Numbered from the stretch's first letter, positions 1 to 9,504 are shown. The stretch: 32,000 bases of DNA from Candidatus Electronema halotolerans (GCA_942493095.1 OW818675.1:1290001-1322000), one strand, 5' to 3'. Notes: generated from the sequence alone by a model not told the origin. Program-made: numbers and translations.

Positions 1-1542
1 GTAGGCCCGATTGGCCCGCAAGGTCTGAAGGGTGATAAAGGTGACAAGGGCGACACCGGCGATCAGGGAGAAGTAGGTCCCGAAGGCCCGACCGGTGCTC
101 AAGGCCCGCAGGGCGAAGTAGGCCCGATTGGCCCGCAAGGTCTGAAGGGTGATAAAGGTGACAAGGGCGACACTGGCGATCAGGGTCTGCCTGGCAACGA
201 CGGTGCTCAAGGCCCGCAGGGTGAAGTAGGCCCGATTGGCCCGCAAGGTCTGAAGGGTGACAAGGGCGACACTGGCGATCAGGGTCTGCCTGGCAACGAC
301 GGTGCTCAAGGCCCGCAGGGTGAAGTAGGCCCGATTGGCCCGCAAGGTCTGAAGGGTGACAAGGGCGACACTGGCGATCAGGGTCTGCCTGGCAACGACG
401 GTGCTCAAGGCCCGCAGGGCGAAGTAGGCCCGATTGGCCCGCAAGGTCTGAAGGGTGATAAAGGTGACAAGGGCGACACCGGCGATCAGGGAGAAGTAGG
501 TCCCGAAGGCCCGACCGGTGCTCAAGGCCCGCAAGGCGAAGTAGGCCCGATTGGCCCGCAAGGTCTGAAGGGTGACAAGGGCGACACTGGCGATCAGGGT
601 CTGCCTGGCAACGACGGTGCTCAAGGCCCGCAGGGTGAAGTAGGCCCGATTGGCCCGCAAGGTCTGAAGGGTGACAAGGGCGACACTGGCGATCAGGGTC
701 TGCCTGGCAACGACGGTGCTCAAGGCCCGCAGGGCGAAGTAGGCCCGATTGGCCCGCAAGGTCTGAAGGGTGATAAAGGTGACAAGGGCGACACCGGCGA
801 TCAGGGAGAAGTAGGTCCCGAAGGCCCGACCGGTGCTCAAGGCCCGCAAGGCGAAGTAGGCCCGATTGGCCCGCAAGGCCCGCAGGGCGAAGTAGGCCCG
901 ATTGGCCCCGAAGGCCCGCAAGGTCTGAAGGGTGATAAAGGTGACAAGGGCGACACCGGCGATCAGGGTCTGCCTGGCAACGACGGCGCTCAAGGCCCGC
1001 AGGGCGAAGTAGGCCCGATTGGCCCGCAAGGTCTGAAGGGTGATAAAGGTGACAAGGGCGACACTGGCGATCAGGGTCTGCCTGGCAACGACGGTGCTCA
1101 AGGCCCGCAGGGTGAAGTAGGCCCGATTGGCCCGCAAGGTCCCGAAGGCCCGACCGGTGCTCAAGGCCCGCAGGGTGAAGTAGGCCCGATTGGCCCGCAA
1201 GGTCTGAAGGGTGATAAAGGTGACAAGGGCGACACTGGCGATCAGGGTCTGCCTGGCAACGACGGTGCTCAAGGCCTGCAGGGTGAAGTAGGCCCGCAGG
1301 GTGAAGTAGGCCCGATTGGCCCGCAAGGTCCCGAAGGCCCGCAAGGTCTGAAAGGTGACAAGGGCGACACCGGCGATCAGGGAGAAGTAGGTCCCGAAGG
1401 CCCGACCGGTGCTCAAGGCCCGCAGGGTGAAGTAGGCCCCGAAGGCCCGCAAGGTCCCGCTGGTCCTGAAGGCCCGCAGGGGGCAACTGGTCCGCAGGGT
1501 GAACAAGGTCCGCAAGGTCCGAAGGGTGACACCGGCGAATGC
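1..1542 (+). repeat. Tandem near-identical coding modules of 99, 108 and 117 bp, plus short 18/36/63-bp variants, within the collagen-like gene
   Basis: The module start GAAGTAGGCCCGATTGGCCCGCAAGG recurs at 115, 223, 322, 421, 538, 637, 736, 853, 889, 1006, 1114, 1177 and 1303. A shorter variant module, sharing only GAAGTAGGCCCG, starts at 1285. Modules 223-321 and 322-420 differ at only the last base. All length variants are multiples of 9 nt, so the G-X-Y phase is kept. Confidence 0.95.
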
Positions 1543-2046
1543 GAGTTGCCGTCAGTTCAGTGTGACTTCGGCCAGATATTGACTGGTTGGATCAATGGTC
1601 AACCAATCTGTGAAGATATGCCGGTTAACCTGATCGGTGGCTGCGAAACTGCCTTTGCTTACGGTGACACGACACTGAATTCCTTCCTCAACACCAATCG
1701 TTGGGGATGGCAAAACACTGTAGCCCCAGGAACGACGCTGACTCAGCCGATTTATGCCGGAGCTGGACAGAATGATATAACCAAGGGAACCAAGGTTGGT
1801 GATCTGACTATAGATTACACCGATACCACCAAAGTGACCGTCACCTACACCATGACAGCAGATGATATTATCATGAAGGAAACCCATCTGTATGTGGGTG
1901 AGGAGAGTGTCACAACGGCTGCACCGGGTCAGTATGGCCTTCAGGATGAAGGTTTGCTCAACGCAACCACTGACAGCTACACAGTGAATGTCAGCGGCAA
2001 GCCGGTCAAGGTCGTTGCTCATGCTGTAACCTGCACAAAAGACTAA
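1..2046 (+). CDS. Collagen-like (Gly-X-Y) triple-helix repeat protein, 5' end outside the window, with a ~168-aa non-collagenous Cys-containing C-terminal domain
   Basis: Frame 1 reads open from base 1 to the TAA at 2044-2046. About 514 codons keep an unbroken G-X-Y register ([39 protein letters not shown]...), ending at GDTGEC near 1542. The ORF-track entry 1546..2046 is only the tail of this same frame, starting at its first in-frame TTG. No LPXTG or other C-terminal anchor is visible. Confidence 0.85.
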   Translation, partial: VGPIGPQGLKGDKGDKGDTGDQGEVGPEGPTGAQGPQGEVGPIGPQGLKGDKGDKGDTGDQGLPGNDGAQGPQGEVGPIGPQGLKGDKGDTGDQGLPGNDGAQGPQGEVGPIGPQGLKGDKGDTGDQGLPGNDGAQGPQGEVGPIGPQGLKGDKGDKGDTGDQGEVGPEGPTGAQGPQGEVGPIGPQGLKGDKGDTGDQGLPGNDGAQGPQGEVGPIGPQGLKGDKGDTGDQGLPGNDGAQGPQGEVGPIGPQGLKGDKGDKGDTGDQGEVGPEGPTGAQGPQGEVGPIGPQGPQGEVGPIGPEGPQGLKGDKGDKGDTGDQGLPGNDGAQGPQGEVGPIGPQGLKGDKGDKGDTGDQGLPGNDGAQGPQGEVGPIGPQGPEGPTGAQGPQGEVGPIGPQGLKGDKGDKGDTGDQGLPGNDGAQGLQGEVGPQGEVGPIGPQGPEGPQGLKGDKGDTGDQGEVGPEGPTGAQGPQGEVGPEGPQGPAGPEGPQGATGPQGEQGPQGPKGDTGECELPSVQCDFGQILTGWINGQPICEDMPVNLIGGCETAFAYGDTTLNSFLNTNRWGWQNTVAPGTTLTQPIYAGAGQNDITKGTKVGDLTIDYTDTTKVTVTYTMTADDIIMKETHLYVGEESVTTAAPGQYGLQDEGLLNATTDSYTVNVSGKPVKVVAHAVTCTKD

Positions 2047-2078
2047 CAGCGCAGGCTGACGGCAGAGGATGAGCCGAA

Positions 2079-2113
2079 AGGAGCATATCCGAAAGGGTCT
2101 GCTCCTTTTTGTT
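2079..2113 (+). terminator. Rho-independent terminator after the collagen-like gene
   Basis: Stem AGGAGCA (2079-2085) pairs with TGCTCCT (2100-2106). It is followed by TTTTGTT, 33 nt after the stop codon. Confidence 0.6.
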
Positions 2114-2252
2114 CTTCACGCTCCGGTAGTCAAAATTCAACTCCGCAGTGCATCAGTGGTGCTCTGTCTGTCAAAAGTAATTCTCCCTTTGCTTTTTTCT
2201 CCACAGTTCCCTAAAATACCCCTGCACGAATATACGCACGGAGGAGAACAAT

Positions 2253-3425
2253 ATGAATTTGATAATTTATCTACAGCACCCCTTAATCCTGACCGGAATT
2301 GGGCTGTTTTTTGCAGCATTGGCAGTCAAGGTGATATTCCTCGGCAAGGACAAGTCTTCTGGAACCGCAAGGAAGGCTATGCATCTTCTGCTGGTGCTTG
2401 CTATGCTGGCAACAGTGAGCGGTGCTCTCCTCAGTTGGCAAGGTGCTTCAATAGATGCCGTCGTTGAAATTTCGCCCACAGCAGTAATGAAGCCTGCCCA
2501 AACTGCCCAGCAAGCCTTTGAGAGCGGTCTGGAAGCTGAAAAGAAAATTGATTACAAGAACGCTTTGCTTCACTACAGCAAGGCACTGGAACTGGTGCCA
2601 GACAAACCGGAATATTTGCTTGCTGCGGGAAGGACAGATAGAAAGTTCGGCAAGTTTATCCAAGCGCAGGATTGGTTGGAGCGGCTCTTGCAACTGCGCG
2701 AGGCAGAAGGAAAGGATACTGCTGCCTTTGCTGAAGCGCAGAACGAATTGGCTCAACTCTATTATGATCAGGGCAAATATGCCAAAGCAGAATCTCTTTA
2801 TCAAAGTTCCTTGGAAATCAGAAAGGTGGTGTTTGGTGACGATGCTCCTGAAGTCGCGCAAAGCTTGAACAATCTCGCAGCAGCGTATCGTGAGCAGGGA
2901 AAATACGAGGCAGCAGAATCATTATGCGAACGCGCTTTGGCAATCCAAGAGCAGACTCTTGGTAAGGAAAATCCAGCAGTAGCTGAAACGCTCAACAATT
3001 TGGCCCTGCTGTATCGAGTGCAAAGAAAATATAAGGAAGCGGAACCGCTGCATCAGCGCGCTCTGAAAATCAGAGAGCAGACTTTTGGCAAGGATTATCC
3101 GGCAGTAGCTGAAACCCTTAACAATCTTGGTTCGCTGTATTATCAGCAAGGACGCTATAACGAGGCGGAACCGCTGTATCAGCGCGCTCTGAAAATCAGG
3201 GAGCAATTCCTTGGGAAAGAGCATCCGGCTGTGGCTGAAATCCTTAGCAATCTTGCCTTGATCTACAAAGCGCAAAGAAAATACACAGAGGCAGAGTCCC
3301 TGTATCAGCGCAGCATAGCTATTCTCACAGCAGCCTTCCCTGATGGGCATCTCAATATTACCCGCTATCAGGCAAATTACGATGAACTGAAGCGTAAGAT
3401 GGCTGAACAAGAACAGCAGCAGTAA
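2253..3425 (+). CDS. Membrane-anchored tetratricopeptide-repeat protein (TPR_12 / kinesin-light-chain-type repeats)
   Basis: A GGAGGAG RBS lies upstream of the ATG. The N-terminus has two hydrophobic segments. About six 42-aa repeats follow, of the form AxxLNNLAxLYxxQGKYxEAEPLYQRALKIREQxLGKxHPxVA. Confidence 0.85.
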   Translation: MNLIIYLQHPLILTGIGLFFAALAVKVIFLGKDKSSGTARKAMHLLLVLAMLATVSGALLSWQGASIDAVVEISPTAVMKPAQTAQQAFESGLEAEKKIDYKNALLHYSKALELVPDKPEYLLAAGRTDRKFGKFIQAQDWLERLLQLREAEGKDTAAFAEAQNELAQLYYDQGKYAKAESLYQSSLEIRKVVFGDDAPEVAQSLNNLAAAYREQGKYEAAESLCERALAIQEQTLGKENPAVAETLNNLALLYRVQRKYKEAEPLHQRALKIREQTFGKDYPAVAETLNNLGSLYYQQGRYNEAEPLYQRALKIREQFLGKEHPAVAEILSNLALIYKAQRKYTEAESLYQRSIAILTAAFPDGHLNITRYQANYDELKRKMAEQEQQQ

Positions 3426-3458
3426 CGACTGAATAACGCTGCTTTTGACGTTTATCAA

Positions 3459-3493
3459 CACCCCGTCCCTTTCCTTGGGGACGGGGTGTTTTT
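3459..3493 (+). terminator. Rho-independent terminator after the TPR gene
   Basis: An 11-bp perfect stem, CACCCCGTCCC (3459-3469) with GGGACGGGGTG (3478-3488), has an 8-nt loop and is followed by TTTTT. Confidence 0.8.
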
Positions 3494-3698
3494 ATTGCAA
3501 ATTCGTTAAGGTATGACTCAAAAAAATAGGTTGACAGGCTGCTGCAACCTTGCTGCGCAGCTCTGAACGACATGAAAGGAGTATAATGAACAGGGCGGCA
3601 TTAGGCAAGAAAAAGGGAAACAGCTTCATGATTCAGCCAAGTTTGGCAGCCTGCGGAAAAAAAACAGCTTGACAGTTTCCTGCCTGAAGGTTAATTTT

Positions 3699-3718
3699 AT
3701 AGTTAATTACTTAACTAT
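3699..3718. promoter_or_regulatory. Candidate ArsR-family operator (perfect 8-4-8 inverted repeat) in the arsR-like promoter region
   Basis: ATAGTTAA-TTAC-TTAACTAT lies 14 nt upstream of the ATG at 3732. A TTGACA -35-like hexamer sits at 3669-3674. ArsR/SmtB repressors typically bind AT-rich dyads overlapping their own promoter. Confidence 0.45.
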
Positions 3719-3731
3719 CACGCTTGCCGCC

Positions 3732-4019
3732 ATGAACGACAATCAAGTCAGCGACCTCGCGCTCCTGCTCAAATCCATTTCCCATCCCATCCGGCTGCAA
3801 ATCCTCTGCCTGCTGCAAAACAGGGAGCTGTCAGTCGGCGAGCTGCGCGAGGGGATGGCGACCAGCGGGGCCAACATCAGCCAGCACCTCAACATCATGC
3901 GCAATCATGGCATCATCGCTTCCCGCAAGGAGGCCAACTTTGTCTATAATCGGATTGCGGATAATCGGATCATCGAATTGATGCAAACCATGAAACAGCT
4001 CTTTTGCAGCATTAACTGA
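3732..4019 (+). CDS. ArsR/SmtB-family winged-helix transcriptional regulator
   Basis: The sequence ISHPIRLQILCLLQNRELSVGELREGMATSGANISQHLNIMRNHGIIASRKEANFVYNRI matches the ArsR HTH signature. I chose the ATG at 3732 over the TTG at 3669 given in the track. Confidence 0.85.
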   Translation: MNDNQVSDLALLLKSISHPIRLQILCLLQNRELSVGELREGMATSGANISQHLNIMRNHGIIASRKEANFVYNRIADNRIIELMQTMKQLFCSIN

Positions 4020-4052
4020 ACAGCACAGCTTTGCAAGAACAAGGAGGAAATC

Positions 4053-6680
4053 ATGCAGGCGGAGAAAATCATCGGCTTTTCCCTGAAAAAGCCCAAGGCG
4101 GTGATCGCGGCCATGCTTGCGGCCACTTTGATCATCGGGGCCTTCATTGTCCGGGTCCACGTTGACACAGACCCGGAAAACATGCTCTCTGAGGACGAGC
4201 ATGTCCGCGTTTTTCATGCCCAGACCAAAAAGGAATTTGGTCTGCACGACGTGGTGGTGCTGGGCGTGGTCAACGAGGAGAACCCGGACGGTGTGTTCAA
4301 CCCGGCAACCCTGAAAAAGGTTCATGCCCTGAGCAAGTTCGCAGGCACCTTGGCTGACCCGGACGACCCGACCCGGAAAGTGGTGGCGCGGGACATCATT
4401 GCCCCGGACAATGTGGACAACATTATTCAGGCCGGGCTGGGGCAGGTGCGCTTTGAGTGGCTGATGCAGGAACCGCCGACCACCCGTGAAGGTGCCCTGA
4501 AAGTCCGGGATGCGGCCTTGGATAATCCGCTCCTCAAAGGGACAATGGTTTCTGAGGACGGCAAAGCCTTGGCCATTTATCTGCCCATCACCAAGAAGGA
4601 TTTCGCCCATGCCACTGCCGAGCGGCTGCGGGAGAAAATCCAGGAGCTGGGGCCTGCGAACGGTGACGAGTTCCATATCACCGGCCTGCCTGTGGCGGAA
4701 GACACCTTTGGCAAGGAGATGTTTGTCCAGATGGCGATTTCCGCGCCTATGGCCATGCTGATGATCTTCCTGCTCATGTACTATTTCTTCCGCAATTTGC
4801 AGCTCATCATTGCGCCGATGATCTTGGCGGGCTGCGCTGTGGTCATCACGATGGGGCTGCTGATCGGCACCGGCCACACCCTGCACATCATGAGTTCGAT
4901 GATTCCGATCTTCATCATGCCGATTGCAGTGGTCGATTCGGTGCATATTCTCTCGGAATTCTTTGACCTCTACCAGAAAAAGAAGAACCGGCGCGAGACC
5001 TTGATCTATGTGATGGGCGACCTGTTCTGGCCCATGCTCTTCACCTCGCTGACCTCTTCAGTCGGCTTCATCTCCCTGGCATGGACACCGATTCCGCCGG
5101 TGCGGGCCTTTGGCATTTTTGTCGGCATCGGCATCTTGCTGGCTTGGGTGATGACCATCCTCTTCATCCCAGCCTATGTCATGCTCATCCCGGAGAAAAA
5201 GCTGGAGAGCTTTGGCGCGTCCGCTGATCATGCGGATCACAAAAATTCGCCGCTCAACCGGCATCTGCGCTGGGTCGGCAAAACTTCGATCAGCAAGCCG
5301 TGGGTAGTGATCGGCGTGAACCTTGGCATCATGTTCATCGGCGTGATCGGCATGTTCCTGATTCAGGTCAATGACAACCCGGTCAAATGGTTCAAGAAGA
5401 CGCACGAGGTGCGGGTGGCGGACAAAGTTTTGAATCGGCATTTCGGCGGCACATACGAAGCCTATCTGGTGCTGTCCGGCAATGCCAAGGAGCTGACTGC
5501 GCCTGAGACTGTCGCTTTGCTGGAAAAAGAAGTACAATCAATCCCAAGCGCCAACCCGGCCCTGCAAGAGACTGCGCTGAACAGCATCAAGGCCGAAGCT
5601 GAGGGCCTGCAAACCGGCACGGAATTGTTGGACAGCCTGAATCAGGCATGGAACAGTCAGTTGGACAATGTGGCGGCGGATGACGATGCAGGCTATGAGT
5701 TCTGGACTGCGGCAATCAACACGATTGGCAAAGTGGGCGCCAGCAAGGAAGTCTTCAAACGGCCTGAGCTGCTGCGCTGGATTGCTGATTTTCAGGCGCA
5801 TATAGCCAAGCAGGGCGATGTGGGCAAGTCGAACAGCATCAGCGACGTGGTCAAGAAGGTGCATCAGGAGCTGTACGAGGGCAATCCGCAGCATTTCACC
5901 ATCCCGGACACAGTCAATGCAGTGGCGGAAACCCTGATTTCCTTTCAGAACAGTCACAAGCCGGATGATCTCTGGCATTTGGTCACGCCAGACTACACCA
6001 AGGCCAATCTCTGGATTCAGCTACGCAGCGGCGACAACAAGGACATGGAGCGGGTGGTTGAGGATGTGGAGCAGTATTTTGCCAGCAATCCGCCGCCGGT
6101 GAAACTGACGCACGAATGGGCGGGGCTGACCTATATCAATGTGGTCTGGCAGAACAAGATGGTTGTCGGCATGATGGAGTCTTTCCTGTCCAGTTTTGTG
6201 CTGGTCTTCCTGATGATGGCCTTCCTGTTCCGCTCGCCGACTTGGGGCCTGCTGGCGATGATTCCGTTGACTTTCACCATTGGTTTCATCTATGGTTTTA
6301 TTGGTCTGATCGGCAAGGATTACGACATGCCAGTGGCGGTGCTCTCCTCGCTGGCCTTGGGCTTGGCGGTTGACTTTGCCATTCATTTCCTCCAGCGCAC
6401 CCGGATGACAATGGCCAAGACTGGCGACTGGAACGCGACGATCACGGATATGTTTGACGAGCCAGCGCGGGCGATTTTCCGCAATATCATTGTGATTGCG
6501 GTGGGATTCACGCCGCTGCTGCTCGCGCCGCTGGTCCCGTATCAGACAGTGGGCGTGTTCTTGGCCACGATCATGTTCTACTCCGGCCTTGCGACCCTGT
6601 GGATTCTTCCTGCATTGCTGACGGTGATGAAGGGCTGGGTCTTTAAGCGGGAGTTGAAGGCGTTTGCGGAGAAGGGTTGA
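4053..6680 (+). CDS. RND-superfamily exporter, MMPL/COG1033 type (two 6-TM bundles with large periplasmic loops)
   Basis: 875 aa with an AAGGAGG RBS. It has two hydrophobic blocks (about aa 225-385 and 700-860) separated by soluble loops. This architecture is typical of MMPL/HpnN-like exporters. Confidence 0.9.
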   Translation: MQAEKIIGFSLKKPKAVIAAMLAATLIIGAFIVRVHVDTDPENMLSEDEHVRVFHAQTKKEFGLHDVVVLGVVNEENPDGVFNPATLKKVHALSKFAGTLADPDDPTRKVVARDIIAPDNVDNIIQAGLGQVRFEWLMQEPPTTREGALKVRDAALDNPLLKGTMVSEDGKALAIYLPITKKDFAHATAERLREKIQELGPANGDEFHITGLPVAEDTFGKEMFVQMAISAPMAMLMIFLLMYYFFRNLQLIIAPMILAGCAVVITMGLLIGTGHTLHIMSSMIPIFIMPIAVVDSVHILSEFFDLYQKKKNRRETLIYVMGDLFWPMLFTSLTSSVGFISLAWTPIPPVRAFGIFVGIGILLAWVMTILFIPAYVMLIPEKKLESFGASADHADHKNSPLNRHLRWVGKTSISKPWVVIGVNLGIMFIGVIGMFLIQVNDNPVKWFKKTHEVRVADKVLNRHFGGTYEAYLVLSGNAKELTAPETVALLEKEVQSIPSANPALQETALNSIKAEAEGLQTGTELLDSLNQAWNSQLDNVAADDDAGYEFWTAAINTIGKVGASKEVFKRPELLRWIADFQAHIAKQGDVGKSNSISDVVKKVHQELYEGNPQHFTIPDTVNAVAETLISFQNSHKPDDLWHLVTPDYTKANLWIQLRSGDNKDMERVVEDVEQYFASNPPPVKLTHEWAGLTYINVVWQNKMVVGMMESFLSSFVLVFLMMAFLFRSPTWGLLAMIPLTFTIGFIYGFIGLIGKDYDMPVAVLSSLALGLAVDFAIHFLQRTRMTMAKTGDWNATITDMFDEPARAIFRNIIVIAVGFTPLLLAPLVPYQTVGVFLATIMFYSGLATLWILPALLTVMKGWVFKRELKAFAEKG

Positions 6681-6774
6681 GAGGTGGACTTTCTCGGCAA
6701 CATTCCGGTAACGGGGTGTTGCCGGAGAGGAAACTCTTGCTCAATTAATACGTATTGCTGAAATTGAACATATT

Positions 6775-7229
6775 ATGATTCTTGAATTTTATAAATCACA
6801 TCTTTCTATCACCGAGTTAGCACAAACTGAACTTCCAGAGTTTACTGTGTTGACTGGAGTGAACGGCTCTGGAAAAAGTCATCTGCTATCTGCCATTGCA
6901 AGCCAGAGTATACGGATTCAAGGAATGGAGCAGCCAAGAATTGTCCTGTTTAACTATGCAACATTCAAGTTGGATAATGAACCTGTTTTAAACTCGCATC
7001 AACTTTTTTCTGAAAAAGAGGCAGCTTGGCAATTTTGTCAACAGGTTAAAAAAAACGCTTGGCGTGCTCAATTTGGTGAAGATTATGAGACTATTAGACA
7101 TGAATGTATTAATTCCAACTTGCCCTTCTGGGAAGTGACAGACTCAAGAATAGAACCATACAGGCAAAATCTTAAAAATTGGTACAGTCAGGCGAAACTA
7201 AAGAATACCCAGCAAGCTCAAGGCATCTA
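6775..7229 (+). pseudogene. N-terminal fragment of an ABC-type ATPase/Toprim (OLD-family-like) gene, interrupted by IS630
   Basis: Walker A is present as LTGVNGSGKSHLL. The frame is broken at the IS630 left end, and the track ORF 6775..7269 simply runs into IS sequence. It rejoins in frame with 8277..9504 when 7230-8276 is removed. Confidence 0.8.
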
Positions 7230-8274
7230 TAGCGGTTTCGTATTGAACAGATATCAAACCCAGCAATGACGGAAAAACGATTTGATTGATTTTGACTTAA
7301 CCGTTTTCAGAGATATATCATAAGCTTCCATCAGCTCACGCTCTGTTCTCGGCTTCAATTTTCTTATAGTGTTTTTCATTACTGACCAGCAGTATTCAAT
7401 AGGGTTCAGTTCAGGACGATAAGGAGGGAGGAAAATGATCTTCGCTCCTGTACTTCTGATCAAAGCGAGAGCTTCTTTGTTTTTATGAGGACTGGCATTG
7501 TCAAGAACGACTGTCTTGCTGCTGTCAAGATATTTCAAAAGATAATTTTTTATATAGAAATAAAAGACATCTCCTGTCATGGTGCCTTTAAATTTCATGC
7601 ACTTCAATATTTTTCCAAACTTTACAGCTCCTATCATGCTTATTCTTTTCCCTTTACCTGAAGGTCTTTTTGAAAAAGCTCTTGTTCCTTTTCTTGATCT
7701 TGCAAATTTTCTCGACATGTTCAAACAGCATCCTGTCTCATCAATAAAGATGAAATTCTTTTTGTCAGCCTCGAGCAGGCCTGCAAGGTAATTAACTGTC
7801 TTTGCTATATTTTCCTCTTTATACGCCGCCGGATCGCGGAAAGTTTTTTTTTCCGGCTGATTTTCAGTCTGGCGAGAGTTTCGCACAGCGTGGAAGGTGC
7901 TATTTTTAAATTGAATTTCTCGTATAAGCGATCACACATCTCTTCAAGCGTAAGATCGTTCTCGTCATCAATCATGCTGGTCAGAAAAGGCATATGAACT
8001 TCCTTGATTTTCGGAGGATTTCCGCCTTTATGAGGCTTCGGCTCAAGCGTCCCCTCAGTCTTCCATCTTTTTACAAGACTTTGAACAAATTTATAGGAAA
8101 CGTCAAGCAAATCTGCAGTTCTTCTCAATGATTTCTGTTTTTCATAAACAGACAAGACTTTCTTTCTGAAATCAATAGAATAAATCATGGCAGACCTCCG
8201 TGTGTAAAAAAATGGAAAAAACAGACAAGTCAAGTTTAATCTTTTTCTGATAACCATACAACCTGAAACCGCTA
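7230..8274 (-). mobile_element. IS630/Tc1-mariner-family insertion sequence (1045 bp) flanked by a TA target duplication
   Basis: Terminal inverted repeats are TAGCGGTTTC (7230-7239) and GAAACCGCTA (8265-8274), extendable to about 26 bp with mismatches. TA lies at 7228-7229 and at 8275-8276. The element encodes a DDE transposase. Confidence 0.85.
7254..8188 (-). CDS. IS630-family DDE transposase in two overlapping frames (orfA 8188->7805, orfB 7886->7254) joined by a -1 shift at an A9 run
   Basis: A GGAGG RBS precedes the ATG at 8186-8188. The N-terminal HTH region reads MIYSIDFRKKVLSVYEKQKS.... The catalytic triad context is IFIDETG / VLDNASPH / PELNPIEYCW. The A9 tract (T9 on the + strand, 7844-7852) lies inside the frame-overlap window. 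Confidence 0.85.
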
Positions 8275-8276
8275 TA

Positions 8277-9504
8277 TGCAATGGCAAGAAAGCTGCCGTA
8301 TGGAATAGATGATATTGAGCATGATGATTTTTTTTCTCTGTATAAGCCATTCATTGTCAAGGACGATTTTTTACCGAGTCAACTTGGACGTGTTTTTTGG
8401 GATTACTATGTAACATATCAACAAAATCAGCTACACGAATACCAAAACGAAAAGTACAATAAGAATTATCCGGTTTTATCAGAAGACGAATTCATTAGGA
8501 AGCACGGTGAAAAACCTTGGGATATAGTTAACCTGATATTGGAAAAATTAAATACAGTAACATATAGGGTAAACTCACCAGAAGGTGAAGATATTTTTGG
8601 AAATTTCAAGCTAAAAATATACCATACCGAAAAGAAAGAACTTCAGATAGATTTCAGCAATCTTTCATCCGGCGAACAGGTGCTTATGGCCTTGGTCGCC
8701 TCTGTTTATAAAGCATCTGCCGACAATCTTTTTCCAGATGTATTGCTGCTTGACGAAGTGGACGCATCACTGCATCCGTCTATGATGAAAAATATGCTTG
8801 AAGTCATAGAGGATGTATTTCTTCGTCAGTCCGTCAAAGTCATTCTTGTCACACATTCTCCTACCACCATTGCCTTAGCACCGGAAGATTCTGTTCATAT
8901 TATGAATCCAAGCGGTGCCCAGCGAATTATCAAGACAACGAGACAGGAGGCTTTGGCCATCCTGACTCAAGGTTATGCTACTCTTGATGAAGGACTAAAG
9001 CTGTTTGATGAGATCGGCCATGAAAAACTGACCATTATCACAGAAGGCTATAATACTTCTTTTTTGCGTAAAGCTCTGGAACTTAATCGGATAAACGGGG
9101 TGAACATTTTGGATGACTTGGAATCCATCACTGGAGATTCTCAACTCAGAACATTGTTTGATTTCTTTACAAAAATACAGCATGATAACAAAGTGCTCTT
9201 TGTGTGGGACTGCGATGTTTGGCCTAAGTACAATAAACTCACCGAGTCTAATAACACCTATCCTTTTATCTTTGAACGGAATAACGAGAATAAACTGACA
9301 GAAAATGGTATCGAAAATCTATTTTCAGAAAGTCTATTCTCAGGCATGATCACATGTACAACATCAAGTCTTGGTAAAAAACGAGAAGCTTTTGATAGCA
9401 ACAGAAAGCGAGACTTTGAGAAACTCATTATGGAGCATAACGATCCTGAAGATTTCAAGCTGTTCGCTCCGTTTGTAACGAAGGTTCAGGAGCTTATTTC
9501 ATAA
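8277..9504 (+). pseudogene. C-terminal fragment of the same ABC-type ATPase/Toprim gene
   Basis: It carries an ABC-signature-like LSSGEQ, Walker B LLLDEVDASLHP and H-loop VILVTHSP. A Toprim/DUF4435-like module follows, with TIITEGYN (Glu) and VLFVWDCDV (DxD). Confidence 0.8.

Noticed and set aside
1-1542. CRISPR-like interpretation of the regular repeats. The same question applies to the arrays at 9598-9975 and 25182-25298.
   Set aside because: The units are directly adjacent with no unique spacers, and there are no cas genes. The first array is clearly coding (G-X-Y). Periods of 21-23 bp without spacers do not fit CRISPR architecture.
1552-2022. A 156-aa minus-strand ORF opposite the collagen C-terminal domain.
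   Set aside because: It is antisense to a frame that is continuous with more than 1.5 kb of G-X-Y coding sequence. It has no independent support.
3586-3672. A 28-aa ORF (MNRAALGKKKGNSFMIQPSLAACGKKTA) with an AAAGGAG RBS upstream of arsR.
   Set aside because: It is too short to evaluate without conservation or ribosome-profiling data. It may simply be part of the arsR promoter and leader.
3831-4946. A 371-aa ORF on the minus strand.
   Set aside because: It lies entirely antisense to arsR and the RND exporter gene. Its composition is His/Arg/Gly/Gln-rich, typical of the antisense frame of a GC-rich gene. It has no RBS or recognisable motifs.
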